Under the pieces are notes generated by a model. That model had not been told where the DNA came from, did no database searches, and saw only the letters and a list, made by a program, of their open reading frames with translations. The translations under genes were made by a program, and so were the position numbers. From an uncultured bacterium (GTDB lineage: Bacteria; Gemmatimonadota; Gemmatimonadetes; JACCXV01; JAHWKZ01): a DNA stretch of 35,770 nucleotides. Location of the stretch: the NCBI GenBank assembly GCA_965365605.1, contig CBDUCI010000002.1, forward strand, positions 1 to 35,770. The letters are read 5' to 3'. Positions within the stretch are counted from its first letter, which is position 1. Every line of letters begins with the position of its first letter. Of this stretch, positions 34,209 through 35,770 are shown piece after piece.

Positions 34209-34391
34209 ATGAGCCTCTGGACTCGCTTCTGGGCCGACGATTCCGCTCAGGACCTAGCCGAGTACGCGCTGTTGATAGCGCTAATCGCGCTGGTTGTGAT
34301 CGGTGCTGTCACCCTGCTTGGTACTCAGATCCAAACCGTGTTCAACAACATCACCGCTGCTCTCGCAGGTTCGGGTGGTGGTGGGTCGTAA
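34209..34391 (+). CDS. flp: Flp-family pilin (flp6), Ala instead of Gly at the predicted -1 cleavage position
   Basis: MSLWTRFWADDSA|QDLAEYALLIALIALVVIGAVTLLG...GSGGGGS. GGAGGGG SD upstream. 57 of 60 residues are identical to flp5. The track ORF from 34086 overlaps flp5 and is rejected. Confidence 0.85.
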   Translation: MSLWTRFWADDSAQDLAEYALLIALIALVVIGAVTLLGTQIQTVFNNITAALAGSGGGGS

Positions 34392-34413
34392 CCACGGCTG
34401 AAGAAAGTGGAAT

Positions 34414-34441
34414 CGGGGCGTCCGGCCGTGCCGGAGCCCCG
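34414..34441 (+). terminator. Strong GC hairpin between flp6 and cpaA paralog (possible attenuator, no U-tract)
   Basis: CGGGGCGTCCGGC-cgt-GCCGGAGCCCCG, a 12-bp stem with one bulged G. Confidence 0.4.
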
Positions 34442-34507
34442 AGACCATGACACTCGTGTCGTGTCAACCTTTAGCGTTCCAGGACCCCCGCCTGGTCGAG
34501 AGGTCCT

Positions 34508-35023
34508 TTGACCGCAAACCCTAGTCTGATCGCGCTCGTTCTCGTCTTGGCGGTGGCCGTAGTGTGGGATCTGCGTACTCGCCGCATCCCAAACTGGTTG
34601 ACCGTTGGGGCGTGCGGCGCCGCGCTGGGCTTGCGCGCTGTGCAGGGCTTCGAGCCGCTGGGGGCTGGCATGCTAGGACTGGCGCTGGGGTTGGCGATGT
34701 CGTTGCCGCTCGTCTTTGCCGGCGGGCTGGGTGGCGGCGATGCCAAGCTGCTGGCGGCGGTGGGAGCGTTCTTGGGGCCGGGGCGACTGATCGTTGCGCT
34801 CCTTGCGATGGCGCTCGTCGGTGGCGTGCTGACGGTGGCAGTTGCTACGCGTCGCGGGGTTATGTACGAGACGCTTCGTCACACGTGGCGGCTCACCGGC
34901 CAGCTGGTCGGATTGGGCCCCGAATCTGAACCGCGCCGAACGCTCGGCACCGCCGGGGCTTTAACGATTCCATACGCGGTGCCGATCGCTATTGGTGCTT
35001 TGGCAGGCCTCATCTACGGATAG
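34508..35023 (+). CDS. cpaA: Flp prepilin peptidase paralog (CpaA/TadV, locus 2)
   Basis: DLRTRRIPN and GGGDAKLL catalytic-Asp blocks. Collinear with 14809..15318. TTG start with GAGAGG upstream. Confidence 0.85.
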   Translation: MTANPSLIALVLVLAVAVVWDLRTRRIPNWLTVGACGAALGLRAVQGFEPLGAGMLGLALGLAMSLPLVFAGGLGGGDAKLLAAVGAFLGPGRLIVALLAMALVGGVLTVAVATRRGVMYETLRHTWRLTGQLVGLGPESEPRRTLGTAGALTIPYAVPIAIGALAGLIYG

Positions 35024-35047
35024 TTGAGCAACGCACGGGGGGTGCTC

Positions 35048-35506
35048 ATGATCAATCGTCTTTCTAGAACAATCACCGCGCGCCGTTGTTGGCTGCGATC
35101 GAACTCTGGCCAGTCGATCGTCGAGGTCGCGATCGCGATGCCGATTCTGCTCGGGCTGGTGATCGGGATCTTCGAGTTTGGCCGCGCCTGGAACATCCGT
35201 CAGGTGACGACCAACGCGGCCCGCGAGGGCTCGCGGTTGGCGGTTATTCAGGGATCCGATCAGCTGGTCGTCCAATCGCAGATCGAGGGTCGGATGAGTG
35301 ATGCCGGCCTGGACCCCAGCCTTGCCACCATCAACATCAGTGGCATGTGCGCAGGGGCGGGGTGTGTCGGCCAACCGGTTTCGGTTCAAGTCGATTACCC
35401 GGTTCAGTTCACGTTTATCGGGCCAATCGTCGATTTGCTGGGCGGCGGAGGCTCGATCCCCGGCTCGATCAACATGACGACGACTTCGACCATGCGACAC
35501 GAATAG
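35048..35506 (+). CDS. tadE: TadE-like Flp minor pilin (locus 2)
   Basis: NSGQSIVEVAIAMPILLGLVIGIFEFGRAWN. Collinear with 15306..15770 (shared blocks IGIFEFGRAWN, AREG(A/S)RLAVI and F(Q/T)FIGPIV). ATG 35048 follows a GGGGGG run. The track ORF starts at TTG 35024. Confidence 0.8.
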   Translation: MINRLSRTITARRCWLRSNSGQSIVEVAIAMPILLGLVIGIFEFGRAWNIRQVTTNAAREGSRLAVIQGSDQLVVQSQIEGRMSDAGLDPSLATINISGMCAGAGCVGQPVSVQVDYPVQFTFIGPIVDLLGGGGSIPGSINMTTTSTMRHE

Positions 35507-35516
35507 GTGGTGACAA

Positions 35517-35770
35517 ATGCGACGTAGACGAATCCTCATCGCGCTGGTACTGGCCGTAGTCTCGGGTATCGCGGCAGCGTACTTGGCGCTTGGCTACCTG
35601 CAGCGAACGAACATCGTGCCGACGCCGGCGGTGGCCTCTTCGGGCACCTTGGTAGCGGTGGCGGCGCGGGACCTGGCGATGGGAACCGTGTTGGACCCGG
35701 CCGACGTCGAGATCGTCGACTGGCCGACCGCTACGGTGCCGGTCGGTTACGCCCGGTCCGCCGACGAAGT
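35517..35770 (+). CDS. cpaB: CpaB/RcpC paralog, partial (runs off right edge)
   Basis: Hand translation: MRRRRILIALVLAVVSGIAAAYLALGYLQRT...VAVAARDLAMGTVLDPADVEIVDWP. It parallels the CpaB N-terminus at 15856. Confidence 0.8.
   Translation, partial: MRRRRILIALVLAVVSGIAAAYLALGYLQRTNIVPTPAVASSGTLVAVAARDLAMGTVLDPADVEIVDWPTATVPVGYARSADE

Noticed and set aside
33192-34391. Regularly spaced, similar ~180-bp units that could be mistaken for a repeat array or CRISPR-like structure.
   Set aside because: Each unit is a complete Flp pilin ORF with its own SD and start/stop. The units are far longer than CRISPR repeats and differ mostly at synonymous sites.
1-35770. Mobile elements, integrases, tRNA/rRNA genes, toxin-antitoxin pairs or known defence genes flanking the duplicated pilus modules.
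   Set aside because: I found no transposase/integrase-like ORF, no terminal inverted repeats, and no tRNA-like or rRNA-like sequence. The duplications appear ancient and chromosomal.

Overview
High-GC (well above 60% by eye) chromosomal segment from a diderm bacterium; a TolC-family protein and a secretin are present, and I cannot assign a taxon. The window is dominated by Tad/Flp (type IVc) pilus genes in four blocks. (1) Two diverged tandem copies of a tadE-tadE/F-tadG(vWA) minor-pilin module lie at 1784-3968 and 4316-6472. (2) A complete tad locus spans 14226-23974: two flp pilins, prepilin peptidase cpaA/tadV, tadE, cpaB, secretin cpaC, tadG-like, tadZ/cpaE, tadA/cpaF, tadB, tadC. (3) Three non-canonical genes are translationally coupled to tadC: DUF192, an AAA+ ATPase and a membrane J-domain protein (23971-26635). 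A strong intrinsic terminator closes this run. (4) A second, paralogous tad locus starts at 33192 (four flp genes, cpaA, tadE, cpaB) and runs off the right edge. Between the two tad loci, a tonB-exbB-exbD operon is start/stop-coupled to a 1434-aa polytopic NtrY-like histidine kinase. No response regulator or TonB-dependent receptor is in view. Other content is as follows. mnmA and a partial prenyltransferase-like gene sit at the left edge. A minus-strand run encodes a lipoprotein, an HExxH metallopeptidase, a TolC-like protein, a MacA-like adaptor and a MacB/LolD-type ATPase, with no permease gene. There is also a TPR protein and a degenerate sigma-54 activator-like regulator that lacks GAFTGA and Walker B. 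A near-consensus sigma-54 promoter and a perfect 20-bp palindrome sit upstream of the first flp gene. I found no rRNA, tRNA, CRISPR, transposase or integrase. Many long opposite-strand ORFs in the track are high-GC shadow ORFs. All functional calls come from motif reading by eye; no searches were run.
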